The position numbers and the translations under genes are program-made. This document shows positions 1-14,157 of a stretch of DNA of 64,000 bases, piece after piece. Source of the stretch: Eledone cirrhosa (Eukaryota); assembly GCA_964016885.1 (NCBI GenBank), contig OZ024759.1, positions 2,294,001 through 2,358,000 on the forward strand, in the 5' to 3' direction. A model generated the notes under the pieces. The model ran no database searches, was not told the origin of the DNA, and saw only the letters and a list, made by a program, of their open reading frames with translations. How positions within the stretch are numbered: position 1 is the first letter of the stretch; the number at the start of each line of letters is the position of its first letter.

Positions 1-111
1 AGTAACATGACAGTCTATATTAGTAACATGACAGTCTACATTAGTAACATGACACAGTCTATATTAGTAACATGACAAAGTCGATATTAGTAACATGACA
101 ATGTCTATATT
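1..111 (+). repeat. Variant cassette A (5 monomers): 21-mer, 21-mer with CTACATT, CAC monomer, GTCGAT monomer, CAATGT monomer
   Basis: The same ordered set recurs near 365, 4385, 4750, 6780, 7920, 8570, 8930, 11570, 11930, 14830, 15200, 20410, 20780, 26490, 26860, 50820, 51185, 53285, 57350 and 58950. Confidence 0.92.
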
Positions 112-603
112 AGTAACATGACAAAGTCTATATTAGTAACATGACAAAGTCTATATTAGTAACATGACAAAGTCTATATTAGTAACATGACACAGTCTAT
201 ATTAGTAACATGACAAAGTCTATATTAGTAGCATGACAAAGTCTATATTAGTAACATGACAAAGTCTATATTAGTAACATGACAAAGTCTATATTAGTAA
301 CATGACAAAGTCTATATTAGTAACATGACAAAGTCTATATTAGTAACATGACACAGTCTATATTAGTAACATGACAGTCTATATTAGTAACATGACAGTC
401 TACATTAGTAACATGACACAGTCTATATTAGTAACATGACAAAGTCGATATTAGTAACATGACAATGTCTATATTAGTAACATGACAAAGTCTATATTAG
501 TAACATGACAAAGTCTATATTAGTAACATGACAAAGTCTATATTAGTAACATGACAAAGTCTGTATTAGTAACATGACATAGTCTATATTAGTAACATGA
601 CAC

Positions 604-3016
604 AGTCTATATTAGTAACATGACAAAGTCTATATTAGTAGCATGACAAAGTCTGTATTAGTAACATGACAGTCTATATTAGTAACATGACAAAGTCTAT
701 ATTAGTAACATGACAAAGTCTATATTAGTAGCATGACAAAGTCTATATTAGTAATATGACAAAGTCTATATTAGTAACATGACAAAGTCTATATTAGTAA
801 CATGACACAGTCTATATTAGTAACATGACAAAGTCTATATTAGTAGCATGACAAAGTCTATATTAGTAACATGACAAAGTCTATATTAGTAACATGACAA
901 AGTCTATATTAGTAACATGACAAAGTCTATATTAGTAACATGACAAAGTCTATATTAGTAACATGACAAAGTCTATATTAGTAACATGACACAGTCTATA
1001 TTAGTAACATGACAGTCTATATTAGTAACATGACAGTCTACATTAGTAACATGACACAGTCTATATCAGTAACATGACAAAGTCGATATTAGTAACATGA
1101 CAATGTCTATATTAGTAACATGACAAAGTCTATATTAGTAACATGACAAAGTCTATATTAGTAGCATGACAAAGTCTATATTAGTAACATGACAAAGTCT
1201 ATATTAGTAACATGACAAAGTCTATATTAGTAACATGACACAGTCTATATTAGTAACATGACAAAGTCTATATTAGTAGCATGACAAAGTCTATATTAGT
1301 AACATGACAAAGTCTATATTAGTAACATGACAAAGTCTATATTAGTAACATGACAAAGTCTATATTAGTAACATGACAAAGTCTATATTAGTAACATGAC
1401 ACAGTCTATATTAGTAACATGACAGTCTATATTAGTAACATGACAGTCTACATTAGTAACATGACACAGTCTATATTAGTAACATGACACAGTCTATATT
1501 AGTAGCATGACAAAGTCTATATTAGTAACATGACACAGTCTATATTAGTAGCATGACACAGTCTATATTAGTAACATGACAAAGTCTATATTAGTAACAT
1601 GACAAAGTCTATATTAGTAACATGACAAAGTCTATATTAGTAACATGACAAAGTCTATATTAGTAGAATGACAAAGTCTATATTAGTAACATGACAAAGT
1701 CTATATTAGTAACATGGCAAAGTCTATATTAGTAACATGACAAAGTCTATATTAGTAACATGACACAGTCTATATTAGTAGCATGACAAAGTCTATATTA
1801 GTAACATGACAAAGTCTATATTAGTAGCATGACAAAGTCTGTATTAGTAACATGACAGTCTATATTAGTAACATGACAAAGTCTATATTAGTAACATGAC
1901 AAAGTCTATATTAGTAGCATGACAAAGTCTATATTAGTAATATGACAAAGTCTATATTAGTAACATGACAAAGACTATATTAGTAACATGACACAGTCTA
2001 TATTAGTAACATGACAAAGTCTATATTAGTAGCATGACAAAGTCTATATTAGTAACATGACAAAGTCTATATTAGTAACATGACAAAGTCTATATTAGTA
2101 ACATGACAAAGTCTATATTAGTAACATGACAAAGTCTATATTAGTAACATGACAAAGTCTATATTAGTAACATGACACAGTCTATATTAGTAACATGACA
2201 GTCTATATTAGTAACATGACAGTCTACATTAGTAACATGACACAGTCTATATCAGTAACATGACAAAGTCGATATTAGTAACATGACAATGTCTATATTA
2301 GTAACATGACAAAGTCTATATTAGTAACATGACAAAGTCTATATTAGTAGCATGACAAAGTCTATATTAGTAACATGACAAAGTCTATATTAGTAACATG
2401 ACAAAGTCTATATTAGTAACATGACACAGTCTATATTAGTAACATGACAAAGTCTATATTAGTAGCATGACAAAGTCTATATTAGTAACATGACAAAGTC
2501 TATATTAGTAACATGACAAAGTCTATATTAGTAACATGACAAAGTCTATATTAGTAACATGACAAAGTCTATATTAGTAACATGACACAGTCTATATTAG
2601 TAACATGACAGTCTATATTAGTAACATGACAGTCTACATTAGTAACATGACACAGTCTATATTAGTAACATGACACAGTCTATATTAGTAGCATGACAAA
2701 GTCTATATTAGTAACATGACACAGTCTATATTAGTAGCATGACACAGTCTATATTAGTAACATGACAAAGTCTATATTAGTAACATGACAAAGTCTATAT
2801 TAGTAACATGACAAAGTCTATATTAGTAACATGACAAAGTCTATATTAGTAGAATGACAAAGTCTATATTAGTAACATGACAAAGTCTATATTAGTAACA
2901 TGGCAAAGTCTATATTAGTAACATGACAAAGTCTATATTAGTAACATGACACAGTCTATATTAGTAGCATGACAAAGTCTATATTAGTAACATGACAAAG
3001 TCTATATTAGTAGCAT
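604..3016 (+). repeat. Tandem higher-order duplication, period 1186 bp (52 monomers)
   Basis: Three markers share the 1186 offset: GTCTGT 651/1837, GTAATATG 751/1937 and the rare AGAATG 1665/2851. Confidence 0.9.
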
Positions 3017-3215
3017 GACACAGTCTATATTAGTAACATGACAAAGTCTATATTAGTAACATGGCAAAGTCTATATTAGTAACATGACAAAGTATATATT
3101 AGTAACATGACACAGTCTATATTAGTAGCATGACAAAGTCTATATTAGTAACATGACAAAGTCTATATTAGTAGCATGACACAGTCTATATTAGTAACAT
3201 GACAAAGTCTATATT

Positions 3216-3558
3216 AGTAACATGACAGTCTATATTAGTAACATGACACAGTCTATATTAGTAACATGACACAGTCTATATTAGTAACATGAGACAGTCT
3301 ATATTAGTAACATGACAAAGTCTATATTAGTAACATGACACAGTCTATATTAGTAACATGACACAGTCTATATTAGTAACATGACAAAGTCTATATTAGT
3401 AACATGACACAGTCTATATTAGTAACATGACACAGTCTATATTAGTAGCATGACAAAGTCTATGTTAGTAACATGACACAGTCTATATTAGTAGCATCAC
3501 ACAGTCTATATTAGTAACATGACAAAGTCTATATTAGTAACATGACAAAGTTTATATT
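3216..3558 (+). repeat. Variant cassette B (~15 monomers): 21-mer ... GAGACAGTC ... TATGTT ... GCATCAC ... GTTTAT
   Basis: GAGAC 3291, TATGTT 3461, GCATCAC 3494 and GTTT 3550 recur in the same order and spacing. Other GAGAC markers lie near 6005, 10670, 13671, 16983, 18537, 22540, 24094, 24619, 27961, 29193, 30749, 31916, 36210, 38795, 40052, 42045, 43599, 44856, 46023, 47075, 48242 and 49796. Confidence 0.92.
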
Positions 3559-6500
3559 AGTAACATGACAAAGTCTATATTAGTAACATGACAAAGTCTA
3601 TATTAGTAACATGACAGTCTATATTAGTAACATGACACAGTCTATATTAGTAACATGACAAAGTCTGTATTAGTAACATGACAATGTCTATATTAGTAAC
3701 ATGACACAGTCTATATTAGTAGCATGACAAAGTCTATATTAGTAACATGACACAGTCTATATTAGTAACATGACAAAGTCTATATTAGTAACATGACACA
3801 GTCTATATTAGTAACATGACAAAGTCTATATTAGTAACATGACACAGTCTATATTAGTAACATGACAAAGTCTATATTAGTAACATGACACAGTCTATAT
3901 TAGTAACATGACAAAGTCTATATTAGTAACATGGCAAAGTCTATATTATAACATGACAAAGTCTATATTAGTAACATGACAAAGTCTATATTAGTAACAT
4001 GACACAGTCTATATTAGTAACATGACAAAGTCTATATTAGTAACATGACAAAGTCTATATTAGTAACATGACAAAGTCTATATTAGTAACATGACAAAGT
4101 CTATATTAGTAACATGACAAAATCTATATTAGTAGCATGACAAAGTCTATATTAGTAACATGACAAAGTCTATATTAGTAACATGACAAAGTCTATATTA
4201 GTAACATGACACAGTCTATATTAGTAACATGACAAAGTCTATATTAGTAGCATGACAAAGTCTATATTAGTAACATGACAAAGTCTATATTAGTAACATG
4301 ACAAAGTCTATATTAGTAACATGACAAAGTCTATATTAGTAACATGACAAAGTCTATATTAGTAACATGACACAGTCTATATTAGTAACATGACAGTCTA
4401 TATTAGTAACATGACAGTCTACATTAGTAACATGACACAGTCTATATTAGTAACATGACAAAGTCGATATTAGTAACATGACAATGTCTATATTAGTAAC
4501 ATGACAAAGTCTATATTAGTAACATGACAAAGTCTATATTAGTAACATGACAAAATCTATATTAGTAACATGACACAGTCTATATTAGTAACATGACAAA
4601 GTCTATATTAGTAGCATGACAAAGTCTATATTAGTAACATGACAAAGTCTATATTGGTAACATGACAAAGTCTATATTAGTAACATGACAAAGTCTATAT
4701 TAGTAACATGACAAAGTCTATATTAGTAACATGACACAGTCTATATTAGTAACATGACAGTCTATATTAGTAACATGACAGTCTACATTAGTAACATGAC
4801 ACAGTCTATATTAGTAACATGACAAAGTCGATATTAGTAACATGACAATGTCTATATTAGTAACATGACAAAGTCTATATTAGTAACATGACAAAGTCTA
4901 TATTAGTAACATGACAAAGTCTATATTAGTAACATGACAAAGTCTATATTAGTAACATGACAAAGTCTATATTAGTAACATGACACAGTCTATATTAGTA
5001 ACATGACAAAGTCTATATTAGTAGCTTGACAAAGTCTGTATTAGTAACATGACAGTCTATATTAGTAACATGACAAAGTCTATATTAGTAACATGACAAA
5101 GTCTATATTAGTAGCATGACAAAGTCTATATTAGTAATATGACAAAGTCTATATTAGTAACATGACAAAGTCTATATTAGTAACATGACACAGTCTATAT
5201 TAGTAACATGACAAAGTCTATATTAGTAGCATGACAAAGTCTATATTAGTAACATGACAAAGTCTATATTAGTAACATGACAAAGTCTATATTAGTAACA
5301 TGACAAAGTCTATATTAGTAACATGACAAAGTCTATATTAGTAACATGACAAAGTCTATATTAGTAACATGACACAGTCTATATTAGTAACATGACAAAG
5401 TCTATATTAGTAGCATGACAAAGTCTGTATTAGTAACATGACAGTCTATATTAGTAACATGACAGTCTACATTAGTAACATGACACAGTCTATATCAGTA
5501 ACATGACAAAGTCTATATTAGTAACATGACACAGTCTATATTAGTAACATGACAGTCTATATTAGTAACATGACAGTCTACATTAGTAACATGACACAGT
5601 CTATATTAGTAACATGACAAAGTCGATATTAGTAACATGACACAGTCTATATTAGTAACATGACACAGTCTATATTAGTAGCATGACAAAGTCTATGTTA
5701 GTAACATGACACAGTCTATATTAGTAGCATCACACAGTCTATATTAGTAACATGACAAAGTCTATATTAGTAACATGACAAAGTCTATATTAGTAACATG
5801 ACAAAGTCTATATTAGTAACATGACACAGTCTATATTAGTAGCATGACAAAGTCTATATTAGTAACATGACAAAGTCTATATTAGTAGCATGACACAGTC
5901 TATATTAGTAACATGACAAAGTCTATATTAGTAACATGACAGTCTATATTAGTAACATGACACAGTCTATATTAGTAACATGACACAGTCTATATTAGTA
6001 ACATGAGACAGTCTATATTAGTAACATGACAAAGTCTATATTAGTAACATGACACAGTCTATATTAGTAACATGACACAGTCTATATTAGTAACATGACA
6101 AAGTCTATATTAGTAACATGACACAGTCTATATTAGTAACATGACACAGTCTATATTAGTAGCATGACAAAGTCTATGTTAGTAACATGACACAGTCTAT
6201 ATTAGTAGCATCACACAGTCTATATTAGTAACATGACAAAGTCTATATTAGTAACATGACAAAGTTTATATTAGTAACATGACAAAGTCTATATTAGTAA
6301 CATGACAAAGTCTATATTAGTAACATGACAGTCTATATTAGTAACATGACACAGTCTATATTAGTAACATGACACAGTCTATATTAGTAACATGACAAAG
6401 TCTATATTAGTAACATGACAATGTCTATATTAGTAACATGACACAGTCTATATTAGTAGCATGACAAAGTCTATATTAGTAACATGACACAGTCTATATT

Positions 6501-8059
6501 AGTAGCATGACACAGTCTATATTAGTAACATGACAAAGTCTATATTAGTAACATGACAAAGTCTATATTAGTAACATGACAAAGTCTATATTAGTAACAT
6601 GACAAAGTCTATATTAGTAGCATGACAAAGTCTATATTAGTAACATGACAAAGTCTATATTAGTAACATGACAAAGTCTATGTTAGTAACATGACAAAGT
6701 CTATATTAGTAACATGACAAAGTCTATATTAGTAACATGACAAAGTCTATATTAGTAACATGACACAGTCTATATTAGTAACATGACAGTCTATATTAGT
6801 AACATGACAGTCTACATTAGTAACATGACACAGTCTATATTAGTAACATGACAAAGTCGATATTAGTAACATGACAATGTCTATATTAGTAACATGACAA
6901 AGTCTATATTAGTAACATGACAAAGTCTATATTAGTAACATGACACAGTCTATATTAGTAGCATGACAAAGTCTATATTAGTAACATGACAAAGTCTATA
7001 TTAGTAGCATGACACAGTCTATATTAGTAACATGACAAAGTCTATATTAGTAACATGACAGTCTATATTAGTAACATGACACAGTCTATATTAGTAACAT
7101 GACACAGTCTATATTAGTAACATGAGACAGTCTATATTAGTAACATGACAAAGTCTATATTAGTAACATGACACAGTCTATATTAGTAACATGACACAGT
7201 CTATATTAGTAACATGACAAAGTCTATATTAGTAACATGACACAGTCTATATTAGTAACATGACACAGTCTATATTAGTAGCATGACAAAGTCTATGTTA
7301 GTAACATGACACAGTCTATATTAGTAGCATCACACAGTCTATATTAGTAACATGACAAAGTCTATATTAGTAACATGACAAAGTCTATATTAGTAACATG
7401 ACAAAGTCTATATTAGTAACATGACAAAGTCTATATTAGTAACATGACAGTCTATATTAGTAACATGACACAGTCTATATTAGTAACATGAAACAGTCTA
7501 TATTAGTAACATGACAAAGTCTAGATTAGTAACATGACAAAGTCTATATTAGTAACATGACACAGTCTATATTAGTAGCATGACAAAGTCTATATTAGTA
7601 ACATGACACAGTCTATATTAGTAGCATGACACAGTCTATATTAGTAACATGACAAAGTCTATATTAGTAACATGACAAAGTCTATATTAGTAGCATGACA
7701 AAGTCTATATTAGTAACATGACAAAGTCTATATTAGTAACATGACACAGTCTATATTAGTAACATGACAAAGTCTATATTAGTAACATGACAAAGTCTAT
7801 ATTAGTAACATGACAAAGTCTATATTAGTAACATGACACAGTCTATATTAGTAGCATGACAAAGTCTATATTAGTAGCATGACAAAGTCTATATTAGTAA
7901 CATGACACAGTCTATATTAGTAACATGACAGTCTATATTAGTAACATGACAGTCTACATTAGTAACATGACACAGTCTATATTAGTAACATGACAAAGTC
8001 GATATTAGTAACATGACAATGTCTATATTAGTAACATGACAAAGTCTATATTAGTAACA

Positions 8060-11000
8060 TGACACAGTCTATATTAGTAACATGACAAAGTCTATATTAG
8101 TAACATGGCAAAGTCTATATTATAACATGACAAAGTCTATATTAGTAACATGACAAAGTCTATATTAGTAACATGACACAGTCTATATTAGTAACATGAC
8201 AAAGTCTATATTAGTAACATGACAAAGTCTATATTAGTAACATGACAAAGTCTATATTAGTAACTTGACAAAGTCTATATTAGTAACATGACAAAATCTA
8301 TATTAGTAGCATGACAAAGTCTATATTAGTAACATGACAAAGTCTATATTAGTAACATGACAAAGTCTATATTAGTAACATGACACAGTCTATATTAGTA
8401 ACATGACAAAGTCTATATTAGTAGCATGACAAAGTCTATATTAGTAACATGACAAAGTCTATATTAGTAACATGACAAAGTCTATATTAGTAACATGACA
8501 AAGTCTATATTAGTAACATGACAAAGTCTATATTAGTAACATGACACAGTCTATATTAGTAACATGACAGTCTATATTAGTAACATGACAGTCTACATTA
8601 GTAACATGACACAGTCTATATTAGTAACATGACAAAGTCGATATTAGTAACATGACAATGTCTATATTAGTAACATGACAAAGTCTATATTAGTAACATG
8701 ACAAAGTCTATATTAGTAACATGACAAAGTCTATATTAGTAACATGACACAGTCTATATTAGTAACATGACAAAGTCTATATTAGTAGCATGACAAAGTC
8801 TATATTAGTAACATGACAAAGTCTATATTAGTAACATGACAAAGTCTATATTAGTAACATGACAAAGTCTATATTAGTAACATGACAAAGTCTATATTAG
8901 TAACATGACACAGTCTATATTAGTAACATGACAGTCTATATTAGTAACATGACAGTCTACATTAGTAACATGACACAGTCTATATTAGTAACATGACAAA
9001 GTCGATATTAGTAACATGACAATGTCTATATTAGTAACATGACAAAGTCTATATTAGTAACATGACAAAGTCTATATTAGTAACATGACAAAGTCTATAT
9101 TAGTAACATGACAAAGTCTATATTAGTAACATGACATAGTCTATATTAGTAACATGACACAGTCTATATTAGTAACATGACAAAGTCTATATTAGTAGCA
9201 TGACAAAGTCTGTATTAGTAACATGACAGTCTATATTAGTAACATGACAAAGTCTATATTAGTAACATGACAAAGTCTATATTAGTAGCATGACAAAGTC
9301 TATATTAGTAATATGACAAAGTCTATATTAGTAACATGACAAAGTCTATATTAGTAACATGACACAGTCTATATTAGTAACATGACAAAGTCTATATTAG
9401 TAGCATGACAAAGTCTATATTAGTAACATGACAAAGTCTATATTAGTAACATGACAAAGTCTATATTAGTAACATGACAAAGTCTATATTAGTAACATGA
9501 CAAAGTCTATATTAGTAACATGACAAAGTCTATATTAGTAACATGACACAGTCTATATTAGTAACATGACAGTCTATATTAGTAACATGACAGTCTACAT
9601 TAGTAACATGACACAGTCTATATCAGTAACATGACAAAGTCGATATTAGTAACATGACAATGTCTATATTAGTAACATGACAAAGTCTATATTAGTAACA
9701 TGACAAAGTCTATATTAGTAGCATGACAAAGTCTATATTAGTAACATGACAAAGTCTATATTAGTAACATGACAAAGTCTATATTAGTAACATGACACAG
9801 TCTATATTAGTAACATGACAAAGTCTATATTAGTAGCATGACAAAGTCTATATTAGTAACATGACAAAGTCTATATTAGTAACATGACAAAGTCTATATT
9901 AGTAACATGACAAAGTCTATATTAGTAACATGACTAAGTCTATATTAGTAACATGACACAGTCTATATTAGTAACATGACAGTCTATATTAGTAACATGA
10001 CAGTCTACATTAGTAACATGACACAGTCTATATTAGTAACATGACAGTCTATATTAGTAGCATGACAAAGTCTATATTAGTAACATGACACAGTCTATAT
10101 TAGTAGCATGACACAGTCTATATTAGTAACATGACAAAGTCTATATTAGTAACATGACAAAGTCTATATTAGTAACATGACAAAGTCTATATTAGTAACA
10201 TGACAAAGTCTATATTAGTAGCATGACAAAGTCTATATTAGTAACATGACAAAGTCTATATTAGTAACATGGCAAAGTCTATATTAGTAACATGACAAAG
10301 TCTATATTAGTAACATGACACAGTCTATATTAGTAGCATGACAAAGTCTATATTAGTAACATGACAAAGTCTATATTAGTAGCATGACACAGTCTATATT
10401 AGTAACATGACAAAGTCTATATTAGTAACATGGCAAAGTCTATATTAGTAACATGACAAAGTCTATATTAGTAACATGACACAGTCTATATTAGTAGCAT
10501 GACAAAGTCTATATTAGTAACATGACAAAGTCTATATTAGTAGCATGACACAGTCTATATTAGTAACATGACAAAGTCTATATTAGTAACATGACAGTCT
10601 ATATTAGTAACATGACACAGTCTATATTAGTAACATGACACAGTCTATATTAGTAACATGAGACAGTCTATATTAGTAACATGACAAAGTCTATATTAGT
10701 AACATGACACAGTCTATATTAGTAACATGACACAGTCTATATTAGTAACATGACAAAGTCTATATTAGTAACATGACACAGTCTATATTAGTAACATGAC
10801 ACAGTCTATATTAGTAGCATGACAAAGTCTATGTTAGTAACATGACACAGTCTATATTAGTAGCATCACACAGTCTATATTAGTAACATGACAAAGTCTA
10901 TATTAGTAACATGACAAAGTTTATATTAGTAACATGACAAAGTCTATATTAGTAACATGACAAAGTCTATATTAGTAACATGACAGTCTATATTAGTAAC

Positions 11001-14000
11001 ATGACACAGTCTATATTAGTAGCATGACAAAGTCTATATTAGTAACATGACACAGTCTATATTAGTAGCATGACACAGTCTATATTAGTAACATGACAAA
11101 GTCTATATTAGTAACATGGCAAAGTCTATATTATAACATGACAAAGTCTATATTAGTAACATGACAAAGTCTATATTAGTAACATGACACAGTCTATATT
11201 AGTAACATGACAAAGTCTATATTAGTAACATGACAAAGTCTATATTAGTAACATGACAAAGTCTATATTAGTAACTTGACAAAGTCTATATTAGTAACAT
11301 GACAAAATCTATATTAGTAGCATGACAAAGTCTATATTAGTAACATGACAAAGTCTATATTAGTAACATGACAAAGTCTATATTAGTAACATGACACAGT
11401 CTATATTAGTAACATGACAAAGTCTATATTAGTAGCATGACAAAGTCTATATTAGTAACATGACAAAGTCTATATTAGTAACATGACAAAGTCTATATTA
11501 GTAACATGACAAAGTCTATATTAGTAACATGACAAAGTCTATATTAGTAACATGACACAGTCTATATTAGTAACATGACAGTCTATATTAGTAACATGAC
11601 AGTCTACATTAGTAACATGACACAGTCTATATTAGTAACATGACAAAGTCGATATTAGTAACATGACAATGTCTATATTAGTAACATGACAAAGTCTATA
11701 TTAGTAACATGACAAAGTCTATATTAGTAACATGACAAAGTCTATATTAGTAACATGACACAGTCTATATTAGTAACATGACAAAGTCTATATTAGTAGC
11801 ATGACAAAGTCTATATTAGTAACATGACAAAGTCTATATTAGTAACATGACAAAGTCTATATTAGTAACATGACAAAGTCTATATTAGTAACATGACAAA
11901 GTCTATATTAGTAACATGACACAGTCTATATTAGTAACATGACAGTCTATATTAGTAACATGACAGTCTACATTAGTAACATGACACAGTCTATATTAGT
12001 AACATGACAAAGTCGATATTAGTAACATGACAATGTCTATATTAGTAACATGACAAAGTCTATATTAGTAACATGACAAAGTCTATATTAGTAACATGAC
12101 AAAGTCTATATTAGTAACATGACAAAGTCTATATTAGTAACATGACATAGTCTATATTAGTAACATGACACAGTCTATATTAGTAACATGACAAAGTCTA
12201 TATTAGTAGCATGACAAAGTCTGTATTAGTAACATGACAGTCTATATTAGTAACATGACAAAGTCTATATTAGTAACATGACAAAGTCTATATTAGTAGC
12301 ATGACAAAGTCTATATTAGTAATATGACAAAGTCTATATTAGTAACATGACAAAGTCTATATTAGTAACATGACACAGTCTATATTAGTAACATGACAAA
12401 GTCTATATTAGTAGCATGACAAAGTCTATATTAGTAACATGACAAAGTCTATATTAGTAACATGACAAAGTCTATATTAGTAACATGACAAAGTCTATAT
12501 TAGTAACATGACAAAGTCTATATTAGTAACATGACAAAGTCTATATTAGTAACATGACACAGTCTATATTAGTAACATGACAGTCTATATTAGTAACATG
12601 ACAGTCTACATTAGTAACATGACACAGTCTATATCAGTAACATGACAAAGTCGATATTAGTAACATGACAATGTCTATATTAGTAACATGACAAAGTCTA
12701 TATTAGTAACATGACAAAGTCTATATTAGTAGCATGACAAAGTCTATATTAGTAACATGACAAAGTCTATATTAGTAACATGACAAAGTCTATATTAGTA
12801 ACATGACACAGTCTATATTAGTAACATGACAAAGTCTATATTAGTAGCATGACAAAGTCTATATTAGTAACATGACAAAGTCTATATTAGTAACATGACA
12901 AAGTCTATATTAGTAACATGACAAAGTCTATATTAGTAACATGACTAAGTCTATATTAGTAACATGACACAGTCTATATTAGTAACATGACAGTCTATAT
13001 TAGTAACATGACAGTCTACATTAGTAACATGACACAGTCTATATTAGTAACATGACAGTCTATATTAGTAGCATGACAAAGTCTATATTAGTAACATGAC
13101 ACAGTCTATATTAGTAGCATGACACAGTCTATATTAGTAACATGACAAAGTCTATATTAGTAACATGACAAAGTCTATATTAGTAACATGACAAAGTCTA
13201 TATTAGTAACATGACAAAGTCTATATTAGTAGCATGACAAAGTCTATATTAGTAACATGACAAAGTCTATATTAGTAACATGGCAAAGTCTATATTAGTA
13301 ACATGACAAAGTCTATATTAGTAACATGACACAGTCTATATTAGTAGCATGACAAAGTCTATATTAGTAACATGACAAAGTCTATATTAGTAGCATGACA
13401 CAGTCTATATTAGTAACATGACAAAGTCTATATTAGTAACATGGCAAAGTCTATATTAGTAACATGACAAAGTCTATATTAGTAACATGACACAGTCTAT
13501 ATTAGTAGCATGACAAAGTCTATATTAGTAACATGACAAAGTCTATATTAGTAGCATGACACAGTCTATATTAGTAACATGACAAAGTCTATATTAGTAA
13601 CATGACAGTCTATATTAGTAACATGACACAGTCTATATTAGTAACATGACACAGTCTATATTAGTAACATGAGACAGTCTATATTAGTAACATGACAAAG
13701 TCTATATTAGTAACATGACACAGTCTATATTAGTAACATGACACAGTCTATATTAGTAACATGACAAAGTCTATATTAGTAACATGACACAGTCTATATT
13801 AGTAACATGACACAGTCTATATTAGTAGCATGACAAAGTCTATGTTAGTAACATGACACAGTCTATATTAGTAGCATCACACAGTCTATATTAGTAACAT
13901 GACAAAGTCTATATTAGTAACATGACAAAGTTTATATTAGTAACATGACAAAGTCTATATTAGTAACATGACAAAGTCTATATTAGTAACATGACAGTCT

Positions 14001-14125
14001 ATATTAGTAACATGACACAGTCTATATTAGTAGCATGACAAAGTCTATATTAGTAACATGACACAGTCTATATTAGTAGCATGACACAGTCTATATTAGT
14101 AACATGACAAAGTCTATATTAGTAA
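8060..14125 (+). repeat. Tandem higher-order duplication, period 3011 bp (~132 monomers)
   Basis: Four markers share the 3011 offset: TATAAC 8121/11132, TAACTTG 8261/11272, ATGACATAG 9131/12142 and TGACTAAG 9931/12942. Confidence 0.92.
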
Positions 14126-14157
14126 CATGACAAAGTCTATATTAGTAGCATGACAAA

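Noticed and set aside
113-135. Transcription-factor or promoter motifs (p53-like CATG core, SMAD GTCT, TALE-class TGACAG in 21-mers, TATA-like TATATT)
   Set aside because: The p53 flanks do not fit RRRCWWGYYY. The other motifs are 4-6 bp matches expected by chance, with no gene context.
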